A DNA stretch of 64,000 nucleotides from Chrysomallon squamiferum (GCA_012295275.1 CM022677.1:434001-498000); one strand, 5' to 3'; counted from the stretch's first letter, positions 43,013 through 58,100 are shown. Notes: generated by a model from the letters alone, not told the origin. Numbers and translations are program-made.

Positions 43013-45458
43013 TCTTTGATCACTGCTATTCTTGAGAGTCTTTGTCTGCACAAGACAAAGGAAAAGGCAGACAATGGTAATTATGTTTTAATGTTTTGTA
43101 TATGTAACATACATCTTGAATGATTGAAGATAGCTAAATCTATTACAGCTGAATTTTTAATAGTGTTATTCTGTGGTACTTACGTTTATAAAAACAAAGA
43201 TAACGTATTTTAATAATTAAAAGATTATTTAGAAAGATCAAGTAACCAACTGGGCTGAGTTAGTTTTGTATTATTTTATATATATTTATTATATCAAACA
43301 ATGATCCATACTGAATTCGTGTTTGTGTTATTGTTCTCTTGTCGATACAGAATAGTCATTTAATAGTTAAGCTGTCTGAGATAATTAACACCTTGTCACG
43401 TGATGCTATTATAGTCTGCTGCCCTTTCAGGTACTAATACCACTCAGACTAGTCACATGACATATGGCACTACCTAAAATCCTTTAAGTTAGCATCTCAG
43501 AAAACGTATCACCCAACTCCTTGTAATGCCAAAATTAACTCAGAGTTTCTGTCAATATTATAAAGAGGATGGACTGTAATTAAGATTAAAAAAGAACAAA
43601 TCACAACATAATGAACGTTTGTAATATTATGTGAAATATTTCAATTTGACGAAAGTTGTCCATTTTGAGTTTCACAAATGTCTAATTTGAATTCAGCTTA
43701 CGTTAACACGTCACACAGCAAACTGCTTAAATAACAAGTTGGTATTTCCTTCATTAATTAAACTTTTACCTGTCTGTGTATCAATTTCAGGTGCTGATTT
43801 ATACATGTATTTGTAAGACGCGCCAGAGCGTGTTGTTGTCATCATCAGCGCTGACCTCGCACTCACGCATCTCAGCACTGACCCATACGGCTACTCCAAC
43901 GCATCACAGACATTCGACCATGTAAGTACAACCAGTCAGTCGTGCTTGAACCTTTTAAAAATACTTTAAAATTTCACCAGAACAACTGTATCAAAGCAGA
44001 AATGTTTTTTAATAGGACCTGAGCATATTTTTATATTTACGATTAGTAGGTGTTAAATAGACTTATTTATTTGTTTGAATTAATGAATATAACTGACGTT
44101 TGGGATAATTTCTAAAACTATTTATGTTTAATGTTACGGGTAGGAAAGAACATGCTGCAACTGTTTTGTCTTCAGTGTTGCCCATTAGTACATAACTGAT
44201 CACAGTTTGTTTTTGTTTCATTTATACAGTTGTCACGATGGTTCTCATTTTTTGAATATTTCAGGCTGTTGGTGAGTGGGCAGCGACTCTGGACGGCATG
44301 TTGCTGTTGAACAGAGCGGCTGGACTAGTCGATCGCGCGCTGTCGTGTGGTTACACGGGACTAGTCATGTTACATGGTCTGTTAGAAACTGCCGGGCTGT
44401 CGTCATGGTTACCAAACGTTTTAGAAAACTATCACCCAAGTTACTACGGTATGATGGTAGCATCATTCGTTCAGAGATGAAAAGAAGAATGAACAAAACA
44501 TTTCATATTGAAATGAAGACAAAAGATACAACAACAACGACAACAATAATAATTATAATAATTATGATGATGATGCTGATAATGATGGTAATAATAAATT
44601 ATAACGACAACAACAATGGATATTTAGCTGGGACGCCGTTGTTTTGTTTTTCGCTACAGACTTCAGTTCCATTTTGCATGTGCAGTGATCACACTTCTGT
44701 ACTTGTATACTTCTTTTAACACAACTTGCCTTTGATTTCGTCACTGACTGTGTCTGTAGACGTGTAGGCCTGTTCAGCTTTGATGCAGGCCTATCACACT
44801 TACAGGTAACACAGTGTTTCGGATGCAGCGTTATCTACAACATGCTATTACAGCTTCGATGATGCTGAATTACGAAAGAAAAATGTGAGGCGCGGCCGCT
44901 GAAAAGGAGCTAAAGTAATACGCCATTATTACCTCAGACTTTCTCACTTACAAATCAACTTTTAATAATGATGATAATAATAATAATAACGATGATCATG
45001 CTAATAATAAACTTTGATGTGACTCAAAAGCAACCATGTAGTCTTCAATATATCTGTTTTAAAGAAGGTTTTTCTAACACAATGTATTCATACAAACTAC
45101 TGTAATGCATCGCTTAACGTTTCATGTACACGCCCTTTGCCCATAAAATAACAAGAAAATAATGGTAATAATGATGGTGCAGCTGCTGCTACTGCTGATG
45201 ATGATGATAATGACAAACAAATACATAAAAGAACAAAAAACAAAAACAACATCAACAAAAAATTAACTATTGGGACAATTCAGAAAAGCAACTCTTATAA
45301 ATTAAAAAGGCGATAATATTGATTTTTAATTCCTATCGATTATTGTTATACAAATAAATTACTATTTCCTTCAGATGTATTGTTGCTCTTTAAGGAAAAA
45401 CACAGAAGGGCAGGTAACTCTAGAGTCAAATGATTTAAGAACGAAATAGAAAGTCGAG

Positions 45459-46275
45459 ATGTGTTTTACAATTCTGACTGTGTTTTTCACATCACTTGAT
45501 TTATCTTTCTCCAAACTACTGGCCGGGTTCGTTCTGCCGCACGGCGGAATTGCTCTGGATCCGAAACATTTCAATACAACCAACCACACAGCAAAACAAG
45601 AAGCGTGGAAAATTCAGGAAGCCTGCAAAACAGTCGGTCAGACGATTCTGTCTTTATCGCCCAACATACTTTTTCTGAGCACGCCCCATGGTATTTCTGA
45701 CTTAAATAACTTTGTGTTCTATTTAAATCTCACAGGAGAAGGCTTTGCAGATACTGATAATTGCAACTGTCCTCCGTGTTGTTATAAAGTAACCGCTAAT
45801 CTTTCTAGCCAACTTTCGGAAGACATCGTAAATACATTTGGCTCTGCTCGGAACATATCGGGATTAAGCGGTTATGGTCCACCCGGAAAAAGCGATGAAG
45901 CATTTCCACTGAGGTGAGAAATAGCATGCATGTAAAAATGAGCATAAACACTTCTTTTTTAAATTAACATAGACTAATAATACTGACAGGAAGAAAAAAT
46001 TATCGTATAAAAATATAGTTATTCATACAGCAATTTCTGTTTTCGATGAATGCAAAGTCTCACAAAAGACTGAGGACCCACAATATGCCGTTTTCGAAAC
46101 ATACAGTACATAAAAATTACATATTTATTTGCAATCCTATCCAGAATATATTATACAGAAATGTTTCTATCTAATTTACCACAAAACTGACATTATTATA
46201 AAATACTCTTCTAAAGTAGAGTCATACAATTTTTTCTTTTAAATTTCATTTTCTTGTATTCATTTTGTTACATAC

Positions 46276-46306
<31 letters not shown>

Positions 46307-47957
46307 TTTGGCACACATTAAGATGGGGAGAAGTGATACCACTTCATTTGATACCAGATCTGGAAAACACAAAAGTTGTAATTCTCTCGCAGCCCAGCAG
46401 ACGATATACACATGATGTTGCCATGATACCAGAACTTCTCCATTTAGGTATTTCACAGTTTGTCTGTATGTCTGTAAAAATTACATACGATTTGTAAACA
46501 TTAGTTTATTGGTTATGTAAAATGCCCTCGTCGCAGATTTGAGCTTCCTATTTTTTTTTTTTTGTGACTTTATCAATATTTTGTAACAACCTTTGGACAC
46601 CAAATGGATTATCGAAACGAGTTAAATCGAACAAACAAACAACAACAAAGATAATACATAATAAGGAACAAATTAAAAAAAAAATCTGGAATGACATCAT
46701 TTTACAGGAAGATATTATTAAAATTTATTTCCTTGAAGAGAGAAAGTAGATGGTTATTAATAATAAAAATTATTTATGTTCTGGTATGTCTGTGTAGAAT
46801 GTCATCAAATCCTGCGTAGTTTAAAAAAAGAAAGAAAACAATTGTCAAAATTAAACGAAACAGTATCTGGGTGTTTTTTCCCACTCTGTTTGCAGTCTTA
46901 TTAGTAACTGTATATACTGACAGTTAGTTATTTACTACCAAATTTCTGTCATAATGCTACCCGATTTATACGATCAGCCAGTTTCATTCATCTGCAGTCA
47001 TAAATGAAACCAGTTTTCATTTCGTGTCGTATTTCATCAGTAATTTTGTATTTTCTATGCAGCTATATTTAAAACAATGTAAAATAAAAAAAACTTTTAC
47101 TGCTATTCAGCTTGGTACGATGTGACAACCTCATTAGTGCCTCTCTGCCAGACTTGTTTTTAATTGTAATTTTGTTTTCTTTGAAGTGAATTATAGAATA
47201 TTCACTAAATCTTTATTTTTATATGCCCCTTAAAGCAGAATGTCTGCTACATTTTATCTGAAATATCTTATTATATTACGATAATATTTATTTAGTTATC
47301 TTGTATAATCATGTTTATAATTTATATTTTTACAGTCCTTAACTCTTTACGTAATTAATGACAGAAAATAGGGTTAAACACACAAAAACTAAATAGCAGA
47401 GCGTATGCAGATGAGCACGGGCTAGTAAGAAGCTGTTTTATATAATTAGGGGAAGTTCCGTTATTTAATAAACTAAGAAACACTGGGGTTTAAGTAACTG
47501 AAAATTGGTATTAAAAGCTTCAAAGTAAATTCAGAAAGGCTATCTGCAGAGTTGTACCTATTCGTGTATAATTAGTCACACGCGTTTTGAACGAGATCTC
47601 TTTGATCAGTGCCATTATTGAGAGTCTTTGTCTGCACAAGACAAAGGAAAACGAAGACAATGGTTATTATGGTTTAATGTTTTGTATATGTAACATACAT
47701 CTTGAATGATTGAAGATGGCTAAATCTATTAGTTGAATTTTTGATAGAGCTATTCTGTGGTAGAAACTTACATTTATAAAACCAAAGATAACGTATTTTA
47801 ATAAGTAAAAGATTGTTTAGAAAGATCAAGTAACCAACTGAGCTGAATTAGTTTTGTATTATTTGTCAACGCTATTTGCTTTGATAACGTATCGTCGAAT
47901 CGTACGATTTTAACTATGTAACTATATATTACCCTTGAGGGTTAATTTGTGTAAACA

Positions 47958-47995
<38 letters not shown>

Positions 47996-49174
47996 AAACA
48001 ATTATCCATACTGAATTCGTGTTTGTGTTATTGTTCTCTTGTGGATACAGAATAGTCATTTAATAGTTAAGCTGTCTGAGATAAGTAACACCTTGTCACG
48101 TGATGCTATTATAGTCTGCTACCCTTTCAGGTACTAATACCACTCAGACTAGTCACATGACATATGACACTACCTAAAATCCTTTAAGTTAGCATCTCAG
48201 AAAACTTATCACCCAACTCCTTGTAATGTCAAAATTAACTTAAGATTAAAAAAGAAGAAATCACAACATAATGAACGTTTGTAAGATTATGTAAAATGTT
48301 TCAATTTGACGAAACTTGTGCATTTTGAGTTTCACAAATGTCTAATTTTGAACTGTTGCCATTATCTTTGAATTCAGCTTACGTTAACACGTCACACAGC
48401 AAACTGCCTAAATAACAAGTTGGTATTTGCTTCATTAATTAAACTTTTACCTGTCTGTGTATCAATTTCAGGTGCTGATTTATACAGGTATTTGGAAGAC
48501 GCGCCAGAGCGTGTTGTTGTCATCATCAGCGCTGACCTCGCACACACGCATCTCAGCACTGACCCATACGTCTACTCCAACGCATCAGAGCCATTCGACC
48601 ATGTAAGTACAACCATGGTACAGTCGTGCTTGAACCTTTTAATAACATTTTAAAATTTCACCAGAACAACTGTATCAAAGCAGATATGTTTTGTAATAGC
48701 ACCTGAGCATATTTTTATATTTATGATTAGTAGGTGTTAAACAGGCTTATTTATTTGTTTGAATTAATGAATGTGACTGACGTTTGGAAGAATTTCTAAA
48801 ACGATTTATGTTTAATGTTATGGGTAGGAAAGAACATGCTGTAACTGTTTTGTCTTCAGTGTTGAAAGACTTGTGTGATTAGTACATAACTGATCACAGT
48901 TTGTTTTTGTTTCATTAATACAGTTGTCACGATGGTTCTCATTTTTTGAATATTTCAGGCTGTTGGTGAGTGGGCAGCGACTCTGGACGGCATGTTGCTG
49001 TTGAACAGAGCGGCTGGACTAGTCGATCGCGCGCTGTCGTGTGGTTACACGGGTCTAGTCATGTTACATGGTCTGTTAGAAACTGCCGGGCTGTCGTCAT
49101 GGTTACCAAACGTTTTAGCGAACTGTCACCCAAGTTACTATAGTGTGATGGTAGCATCATTCGTTCAGAGATGA
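45459..49174 (+). CDS. LigB/MEMO-fold (extradiol dioxygenase subunit B-like, CA_C1420/TTE1956-like) protein, copy C, intact: exons 45459-45913, 46323-46447, 48472-48602, 48959-49174; 308 aa; predicted signal peptide
   Basis: GT-AG junctions with compatible phases 2/1/0; 455+125+131+216 = 927 nt open. Motifs VLPHG, PNILFLSTPHG, RVVVIISADLAH, FD, SCG, SYY. Hydrophobic N-terminus MCFTILTVFFTSLDLSFS. Confidence 0.88.
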
Positions 49175-49805
49175 AAACGAAACATTTCATATTGAAATGA
49201 AGACAAATGATACAACACCAACAACGACAATAATAATTATAATAATTATCATGATGTTGAAAATGATGGTAATAATAAATAATAACAACAACAACAATGG
49301 ATATTTAGCTGTGCAGCATTGGTTTAATAATGATGATGATGGTAATAATACACTTTGATGTTACTCCAAAGCAACCATGTAGTCTTCTATAAATCTGTTT
49401 TAAAGAACGTTTTTCTAAAACAATGTATTGATACAAACTACTGTGATGCATCACTTAACGTTTCATGTACACGCCCTTTGTCCAGAAAAATAACAAGAAA
49501 ATAATGGTAATAATGATGCTGCAGCTGCAGCTGCTGCTGCTGATGATGATGATGACAAGACAAACAAATACATAAAAGAAGAAAAAACAAAAACAACATC
49601 AATAAAAAATTAACTATGGGGACAAATCAGAAAACCAAGTCTTATAAATTAACAAGGCGATAATAGAAATTTTTAATTCCTATCGACTACCATTATACAA
49701 ATAATTTACTATTTCCTTCAGATGTATTGTTGCTCTTTAAGGAAAAACACAGAACGGCAGGTAACTCTAGAGTCATATGATTTAAGAACGAAATAGAAAG
49801 TCGAG

Positions 49806-50622
49806 ATGTCTTTTGCAATTGTGATTGTGTTTTTCACATCACTTGATTTATCTTTCTCCAAACTACTGGCCGGGTTCGTTCTGCCGCACGGCGGAATTGC
49901 TCTGGATCCGAAACATTTCAATACAACCAACCACACAGCAAAACAAGAAGCGTGGAAAATTCACGAAGCCTGCAAAACTGTCGATCAGACGATTCTGTCT
50001 TTATCGCCCGATATACTTTTTCTGAGCACGCCCCATGGTATTTCTGACTTAAATAACTTTGTGTTCTATTTAAATCCCACAGGAGAAGGCTTTGCAGATA
50101 CTGATAATTGCAACTGTCCTCCTTGTTGTTATAAAGTAACCGCTAATCTTTCTAGCCAACTTTCGGAAGACATCGTAAATAAATTTGGCTCTGCTCGGAA
50201 TATTTCGGGATTAAGCGGTTATGGTCCACCCGGTAAAAGCGATGAAGCATTTCCATTGAGGTGAGAAATAGCATGCATGTAAAAATTAGAATAAACACTT
50301 CTTTTTTAAATTAGCATAGACTAATAATACTGACAGCAAGAAAACATTATCGTATAAAAATATAGTTATTGATACACCAATTTCTGTTTTCGATTAATGC
50401 AAAGTCTCACAAAAGACTGAGGACCCACAATATGCCGTTTTCGAAACGTACAGTACATAAAAATTATATATTTATTTGCAATCCTATTGATAATATATTA
50501 TACAGAAATGTTTCTATATATTTTATCCCAAAACTGACATTATTTATAAATACTCTTGTAAAGTAGAGTCATACAATTTTTTCTTTTAAATTTCATTTTC
50601 TTGTATTCATTTTGTTACATAT

Positions 50623-50661
<39 letters not shown>

Positions 50662-50802
50662 TTTGGCACACATTAAGATGGGGAGAAGTGATCCCACTTC
50701 ATTTGATACCAGATCTGGAAAACACAAAAGTTGTAATTCTCTCGCAGCCCAGCAGACGATATACACATGATGTTGCCATGATATCAGAACTTCTCCATTT
50801 AG
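49806..50802 (+). CDS. LigB/MEMO-fold gene copy D, exon 1 (49806-50260) and exon 2 (50678-50802); no downstream exons 3-4 within the window
   Basis: Both exons are open with intact splice sites and are very similar to copy C. Intron 2 carries an 8.1-kb LINE and is then rearranged. Confidence 0.75.
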
Positions 50803-52614
50803 GTATTTCACTGTTTGTCTGTATGTCTGTAAAAATTACATACGATTTGTAAACATTAGTTTATTGGTTATGTAAAATGCCCTCGTCGCAGATTTGAGCT
50901 TCCTGGCTTTTTTTTTGTTTGACTTTATCAATATTTTGTAACAACTTTTGGACAATGTCTGTATAGAATGGATTATCGTAGTTTAAAAAAGAAAAGAAAA
51001 CAGTTAAATCGAAGAAACAAAACAACAACAGTTAGTTATTTACTACTAAATTTCTGTCAAATAATAATCAAATTCAGATTAAAATAAATAAACTTTATGA
51101 CATCATTTTAAGCATGGAAGATGTTATTATTAATGTATTTTCTTTTCTTGATAAAGTAGATGGTTAACTCCATAATAATTAAAAAAGGCTATTTATGTGC
51201 TGGAATGTCTTTATGAAAACGAGAATTCAGTCAGGGGGAAACCAAATGTTTTCTATTCTTTTTTTTTACGGACGAGTATGGTAAGCAATTGTCTATTCTT
51301 ATTTTGAACCTGTGTCATGTATCATTTCTTATCAATAAAATTTAATGTTTTAATCTGTCCTCCGTGCAGATTCTTATTTTGTCTTGGTTCCCTTTATAAC
51401 CTTACTCGTATCATTAATCAAAATGATTTAAACGTATGTTTTATAATGTATTATTATCAAGTCACCTGTATATCATAATTAAATAATTAATGTAAACCTT
51501 AACTTGTATAGTGGATAGGTAGACTTACTGATTTATATAGTTTGCTGTCATTTTAGCGTTTATATTCCTTGTTAGGTGGCCATTAAAGCACCTTGTTACC
51601 GTAGACTGAGCCTTAATAAAACATCCAAGGTGTTTAAAGGTGTGAGCCCCGTGACAGTCGTCTCTTTATAACACTCCACAGTGAACCATCATAACACATT
51701 TCTGAACAGCAGTATTTAAACATACTCTAATTAATACGCATTGTAAAATTACCCGATTTATACCATCAGCCAGTTTCATTCATCTGCAGTCATAAAGCAA
51801 ACCAGTTTTCATTTTGTGTCGTATTTCATGAGTAAAGTTTGTATTTTCTATGCAGCTATATTTAAAAGAAAGTAAAATAAAAAAACGTTCACTGCTAATC
51901 AGCTTGGTACGGTGTGACAACCTCATTAGTGCCTCTTTGCCAGACTTGTTTTTAACTATAATTTTGTTTTCTTTGTAGTGAATTATAGAATATTCACTAA
52001 ATCTTTATTTTTATATGTCCGTTAAAGTAGAATGTCTGCTACATTTTATCTTAAATATCTTATTATATTACGATAATATTTATTTAGCTATCTTGTATAA
52101 TCATGTTTATAATTTATATTTTTACAGTCGTTAACTGTTTACCTAATTAATGACAGAAAATAGGGTTAAATACACAAAAACTAAATGTAGCGTATGCAGA
52201 TGTACATGGGCTATTTAGAAGCTGTTTTATATAATTAGGGGAAGTTCCGTTATTTAATAAACTAAGAAACACTGAGGTTTAAGAAACTGAAAATTGGTAT
52301 TAAAAGCTTCAAAGTAAATTGAGAAAGGCTATCTGCAGAGTTGTAGCTATTGGTGTATAAGTATCGGCACGCGTTTTGAACGAGATCTCTTTGATTAGTC
52401 AGATTCGTTACTTTTTTTCGTCAGATTCGCTCCAGATTCGCTCCAAAGATTCCGTTTTTCTACACAAGGAATAATTTTCAAATTTCTCACTTGGGATTGC
52501 CTTTCATTTATTCTTGCAAATTCGTTCCATTTGTGTGCACTTGATACGAATACTTGGGAAAAGCGCTTTTAGGATTACGTTATACACGATCGCTAAATAG
52601 CAAAAGTAATTGAG

Positions 52615-52775
52615 ATCTGACCAATCAACGACGAGCTAGCGTCAGCCAATAGAAATCCAGTCTCAACAACAACCTGTCGACTAATCAAATTCGAGATATC
52701 TCCAACCAATCAGAATCCACAGTCGCAACAGCAACCCGACGACGGAAGGAACAAGCATTACTGCCAGCAATCGGG
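52615..52775 (+). promoter_or_regulatory. CCAAT-box cluster in the LINE 5'UTR (putative internal Pol II promoter)
   Basis: CCAAT at 52621, 52646 and 52706, variants CTAATC (52681) and GCAATC (about 52766); Inr-like TTAGTC at the element's 5' end. Confidence 0.5.
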
Positions 52776-54215
52776 GATTATTTGTTTATCTGTTGAATTT
52801 CCCAAATTAGGATTCCACTTCAAATTCGAACTTAGAACATTCGACATCAAATTTGGTAAGAAAAGGAATCCTATCCTCCCAGCACGTCATAATTACTTTC
52901 CCAGCACGAAACTTTAAAACTCCCTCTTATCTCTCCATTTATCAACCTCAAACCCTCTCCCCCAGTGCTAATTTTGTCAAATATTTTAAATTTGTGTATT
53001 CTAATTTGTGTATTACTTTCATATATATAAATATGAATATATAATTATTATTTAAATGTTAAATTTTTCGGATTATTATTATCAAAATTAAATTTAAATA
53101 GATAACTTTGTTTATTGCTCTTTTTCTGTAGTGTCATTACTGTTGAAATTTTAATTATATTAAATATTTAATTTATTTAAAAAAAAAAAATAAATAAATA
53201 ATAATAATTAACCAATTCTGTACTAAATAAAAATGGCCGATACAAACAAATCCGTCGGCACGGGTATCACCGAAAACGACAACCAGAACGAGGTTTCCCC
53301 CAAAAAACTCTGCGGAACGGAGGGGGAACTACCACACGTGGAATCTCTTGGCTCCCCGGACGACAGTGACAACGGAAATGTATCTGACAACTCTGCGGAG
53401 GACACCATATACGTGGGACTGGTAGAGACGACACCTGACCGCTCCCCCCGCCCCAACCTGTCCAATCCCCCAGACTGTAACCAAATCTTCAACTGGCCCA
53501 CAAATGCCCCAACCGGACTGACCACCATTCCGGAGTCCCCACAACAAAAAAACAAAAATAAAAAAATAAAAACCCACCCAACTGTCCATTCCCCCCCAGA
53601 ACAGGCTCCAGTCAGGACATCAAACAGATTTTCAGCCCTGGACATGCTGAGCATTGCTGTTCCCCAACAGGGCTCGCACAAATCTCTGAAATTGTCAGAC
53701 AGCCCCCCTAGGCCCGCTATGTCCTCAATCCCCGGGCTGAGACGGGTATTGTTTAATAAAAGAAACCAGTCTCTGTACGAACCTTCTTTCAGTCCGTCTG
53801 TGTTGGACGAAGGCTGTCATGAGATCTTCATCAGGGCCGAGTCGGACAGCCATGGAACATGGAACTGATGCCCAACCCCATAGAGTGTCAAAAGGTGTGT
53901 GTCACACTAGAGAGGTGTACAAAGGAACCTCATGAAAGGAGAGGACCCACACCCGGAAAACCCACAAATCCCGATACCCCCATCGGACAGGCTTACTCGC
54001 AGGACAAAACAAGCAGCCAAGCCATCCATAGACAAATGGACAAGACGGTGGCTTACGGCACCTGGGGGGATGCACTTTCACTGCAGAACCCCTAAAACAG
54101 ACAAACATCAAAAAAACAAAAACAAAAAAAGAAACAGAAACTAGTCACGGAAACAACAAAACAGACACCAAACAGAAACGATTTCTTAGCAACACGAACC
54201 AAAACAAATCCGACC

Positions 54216-55116
54216 ACACAGAGACAAAAATAAAAGCACCGACATGACAACCCCACGAAACAAACTCCCCAACACTCCCCCAAAGTAGTAATCAACACAG
54301 AGACAAAAATACAAGCACCGACATGACAACCCCACGAAACAAACTCCCCAACACTCCCCCAAAGTAGTAATCAACACAGAGACAGAAATACAAGCACCGA
54401 CATGACAACCCCACGAAACAAACTCCCCAACACTCCCCCAAAGTAGTAATCAACACAGAGACAGAAATACAAGCACCGACATGACAACCCCACGAAACAA
54501 CAAACTCCCCAACACTCCCCAAAGTAGTAATCAACACAGAGACAGAAATACAAGCACCGACATGACAACCCCACCCCAAACAAACAAAAACAAACTCCCC
54601 AACACTCCCCAAAAAATAAACACAGTAGTAATCAACACAGAGACAGAAATACAAGCACCGACATGACAAACCCCACGAAACAAACTCCCCAACACTCCCC
54701 AAAGTAGTAATCAACACAGAGACAGAAATACAAACACCGACATGACAACCCCACGAAACAAACTCCCCAACACTCCCCCAAAGTAGTAATCAACACAGAG
54801 ACAGAAATACAAACACCGACATGACAACCCCACGAAACAAACTCCCCAACACTCCCCCAAAGTAGTAATCAACACAGAGACAGAAATACAAGCACCGACA
54901 TGACAACCCCACGAAACAAACTCCCCAACACTCCCCCAAAGTAGTAATCAACACAGAGACAAACATACAAGCACCGACATGACAACCCCACGAAACAAAC
55001 TCCCCAACACTCCCCCAAAGTAGTAATCAACACAGAGACAGAAATACAAGCACCGACATGACAACCCCACGAAACAAACTCCCCAACACTCCCCCAAAGT
55101 AGTAATCAACACAGAG
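54216..55116 (+). repeat. 79-bp tandem array (about 11 copies) expanded inside LINE ORF1
   Basis: Unit ACACAGAGACAGAAATACAAGCACCGACATGACAACCCCACGAAACAAACTCCCCAACACTCCCCCAAAGTAGTAATCA; GCACC at 54236 and 54315. Confidence 0.97.
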
Positions 55117-58100
55117 GAGTTTCCGCTCCTCACCCTGACGCCGGGTAGACCCTGGCCAAGAGATTTCCTATACACAAACGTACCTATATACAACTGGACG
55201 GGCAAACTCCACACCTCAACAACAAAACAACACCCCACAAAAAAACACCCACTACACAACACAAAGGGTACACGCAACAGCAACAACAACCACCACAACA
55301 ACAGACCACTCCTTAAGAAAACTGATAAAAATAAAATCGGGCAAAGAAACGACAAAACAAATACTAGAAACGCTAAAGAAAGAAAACCCAGACGTGATGA
55401 TTCAGAACATCACGATCTGGAACAACGGCTACTGGGATGTGCTTCTGTCTGCCACAACAAAAGCAGAGCACATCCTATTCCAGCAGAAACAATTCAAACT
55501 GCTGGCCTTTGAGGCACACCCCATAAAATGCGCCCAGTGCCAGAGATGGGGACATAATATTAAAAAATGCAGGTCGTTGAGGGGACACCCAATTTGTTTC
55601 AGGTGTGGGGGCAGACACCCCAAGAAAACGCCTGACAACCCGTGCCGTGAACCCATCCAGTGCGCAAACTGCAACGACCGACACCACACACACAGCCACC
55701 TATGTGCGGCCTACCAAAACGCACTGAAACACCTGGAGGCCAAAAACACTCCACTCGTCAGCCACACACTCATACACACCAGCCCCCAGGACAAACAAGA
55801 AACAAACAGAAATGGACGGAATAATTAAGAAAGACAGCCCAGTCACAACCCTCCAGCTACTCAGAGTTGTCACTGGCCTATTCCTAGACGGATTTCTACG
55901 GTCCTCCAACCACAACTCCAATAACAGATCGGATGCAGACATAAAGAAAGCCACTGTGGCAGCATGTCAGACAGAAACACCTGGGACTACCGCTGTAACT
56001 TGACTCTGTGCTCACACAATCAATGAATTACTACTAAAACAACATCAACACCGAGAACACCAAACAAGTGAAATAAACCCATCCAAAATACACGCAATCT
56101 CCAAGGCTAGCAAACTCCTACACATCAGACATGGGAGACAAACAAAACATTAAACATAAAGAAGCTCAAGGCCTTAACATCCTACAATGGAATGCCAAAG
56201 GCCTCAAATCAAGAGGTCATGGCGACGAACTCAAACACTACATAATTAACTCTAATATACAGATAGACATAATAAGAAACCTGGATCACCAACACACAAA
56301 CACGGAAGAACCAACTCTTCCAAAACTTTAACATTCCAGGATTCTTTGGCTTCTTTCACAACACTAACTGCACCACGAGAGGAGGAGTAGCAACTTATGT
56401 CAGAAATGAACTATCCTACTCACGTATCCCACTAACCAATCACCACTCAGCATAGAGACACTTGGGATAACAATCCATGGCCAGGCTGAAGACATTAACG
56501 TTTTCAACTACTACACTCACCCAGGCAAAAATCACTACAACATAACACTAGAACACTACACTAAAAGCATTCCCTCTAAATATATCGACAACTCCATCAT
56601 ACTAGGGGACTTCAACAGCAGAAACCACCTATGGGGATCCTCTAGTACATGCAAACAGGGAACCATCATCGAAAAATTTACGGATCTTAACAAACACATA
56701 TGTCTAAACGATGGCACGCCAACCTTCCTATCAGACGTATACAACACCTGGTCATGTTTTGATATCTCAACAGTGTCTGAAAAAATAGCCTCTAAATGTG
56801 AATGGACAGTCCTTAACAATCTCAATAGCGATCACCTACCAATACTAATCTCATACAACACTGAAAATAACTGGAAAGAGGTACCAATAAACAAACACAA
56901 ATGGAACTTCACGAAAGCCAACTGGACTGAATTTAAAAAGCAATGTCTGGAAACAGAACCCAAACTCATTCGAAGCAATAATATTGACACTTTTAACCAA
57001 CATTTAACTGACAGAATAATTAGCATTGCCAATAAAACTATTCCAAATTCTAATTGTAAATACAAAAATAATTCAGTCCCTTGGTGGAGTGAAGAACTAA
57101 AACTCCTTACAAAGGCACGCAACAAACATCGCAAAACATATCAAAAAAATAACTCAGCAACCAACCTCGCAAACCTCAAAATGAGTAAAAACAAAGTCTC
57201 ACAAGCCTGATAAATGCAAAAAAAAAAAAAACGAATCGTGGAAAACCTTTTGCACCTCTATCAACAAAAACACGTCTAGTAAGGAAATTTGGGCCAGAAT
57301 TAAACGCATACAAGGGAAACCAATTAGCAAGAACACACTACTAGTCCGTAACAAAAACTTCCATACAAACAAAGAGAAGGCCGCTGCTCTGGGAGATGTC
57401 TATAAAAACAACTCGAGTACAAACAACTTTCCCCCCAAATTTCGAAAAATTAAAAATAAATTAGAAACAGTAAACAAAATCCTACCTGACTCAAAAACCT
57501 CAGAAACGAAATACAATATTCCCTTCACACTCCAAGAAATGACAGCGACTTTCTCCGACCGTAAAGGAACAGACCCCGGGCCAGACAAATTCTCCTACCT
57601 GTTCTTTCAAAACATGCCCACAGACATGCTAAATCTATTTCTGGAACTCTATAACACTATCTGGAAGGACGGATACCTTCCCCTGAAATGGAAGCATGAT
57701 GAAGTCTTCAGCCTTCCAAAACAGGGTAAGGACCTTTCCAACCCTTCCAACTATCGTCCTATCTCACTAACGTCCTGTGTCTGCAAAACCATGGAGGCTA
57801 TGGTCAACACACGCTTAACACACCTTATTGAAAAAAAAAAAACTAATTTCGACCTTTCAAAGTGGCTTCAGAAAGAACCACTCCACAAGCGACCACATAA
57901 CCAGATTACAATCTAAAATCTCCGAATCTTTGTTTACTGGACAAAAAGTTGTAGGAGTGTTTGTTGACATAGAAAAAGCCTATGATATGGGATGGAGACA
58001 TGGTCTTCTAATCAAAGTCTACAACATGGGCATGTTCGGCTGTATAGAAGCATTCTTGAAAACCAGATCCTTTACGGTCAATGTAGACGAAAACTTCTCA

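Larger units (their letters stand above)
35038..44480 (+). pseudogene. LigB/MEMO-fold gene copy B: exons 35038-35364 (truncated), 35754-35878, 43791-43921, 44265-44480
   Basis: A 168-bp deletion relative to copy D removes the end of exon 1 and its donor. TAA at 43814-43816 in exon 3. LINE in intron 2. Confidence 0.92.

Noticed and set aside
43005-43030. Counting the B and D LINEs as independent insertions at the same base
   Set aside because: A shared ORF2 frameshift and a shared flank variant are better explained by duplication of one insertion.
45459-49174. Bacterial contamination or recent HGT for the LigB-like gene
   Set aside because: It has three spliceosomal introns and host-like repeats. 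Only ancient transfer remains possible, and that needs a phylogeny.
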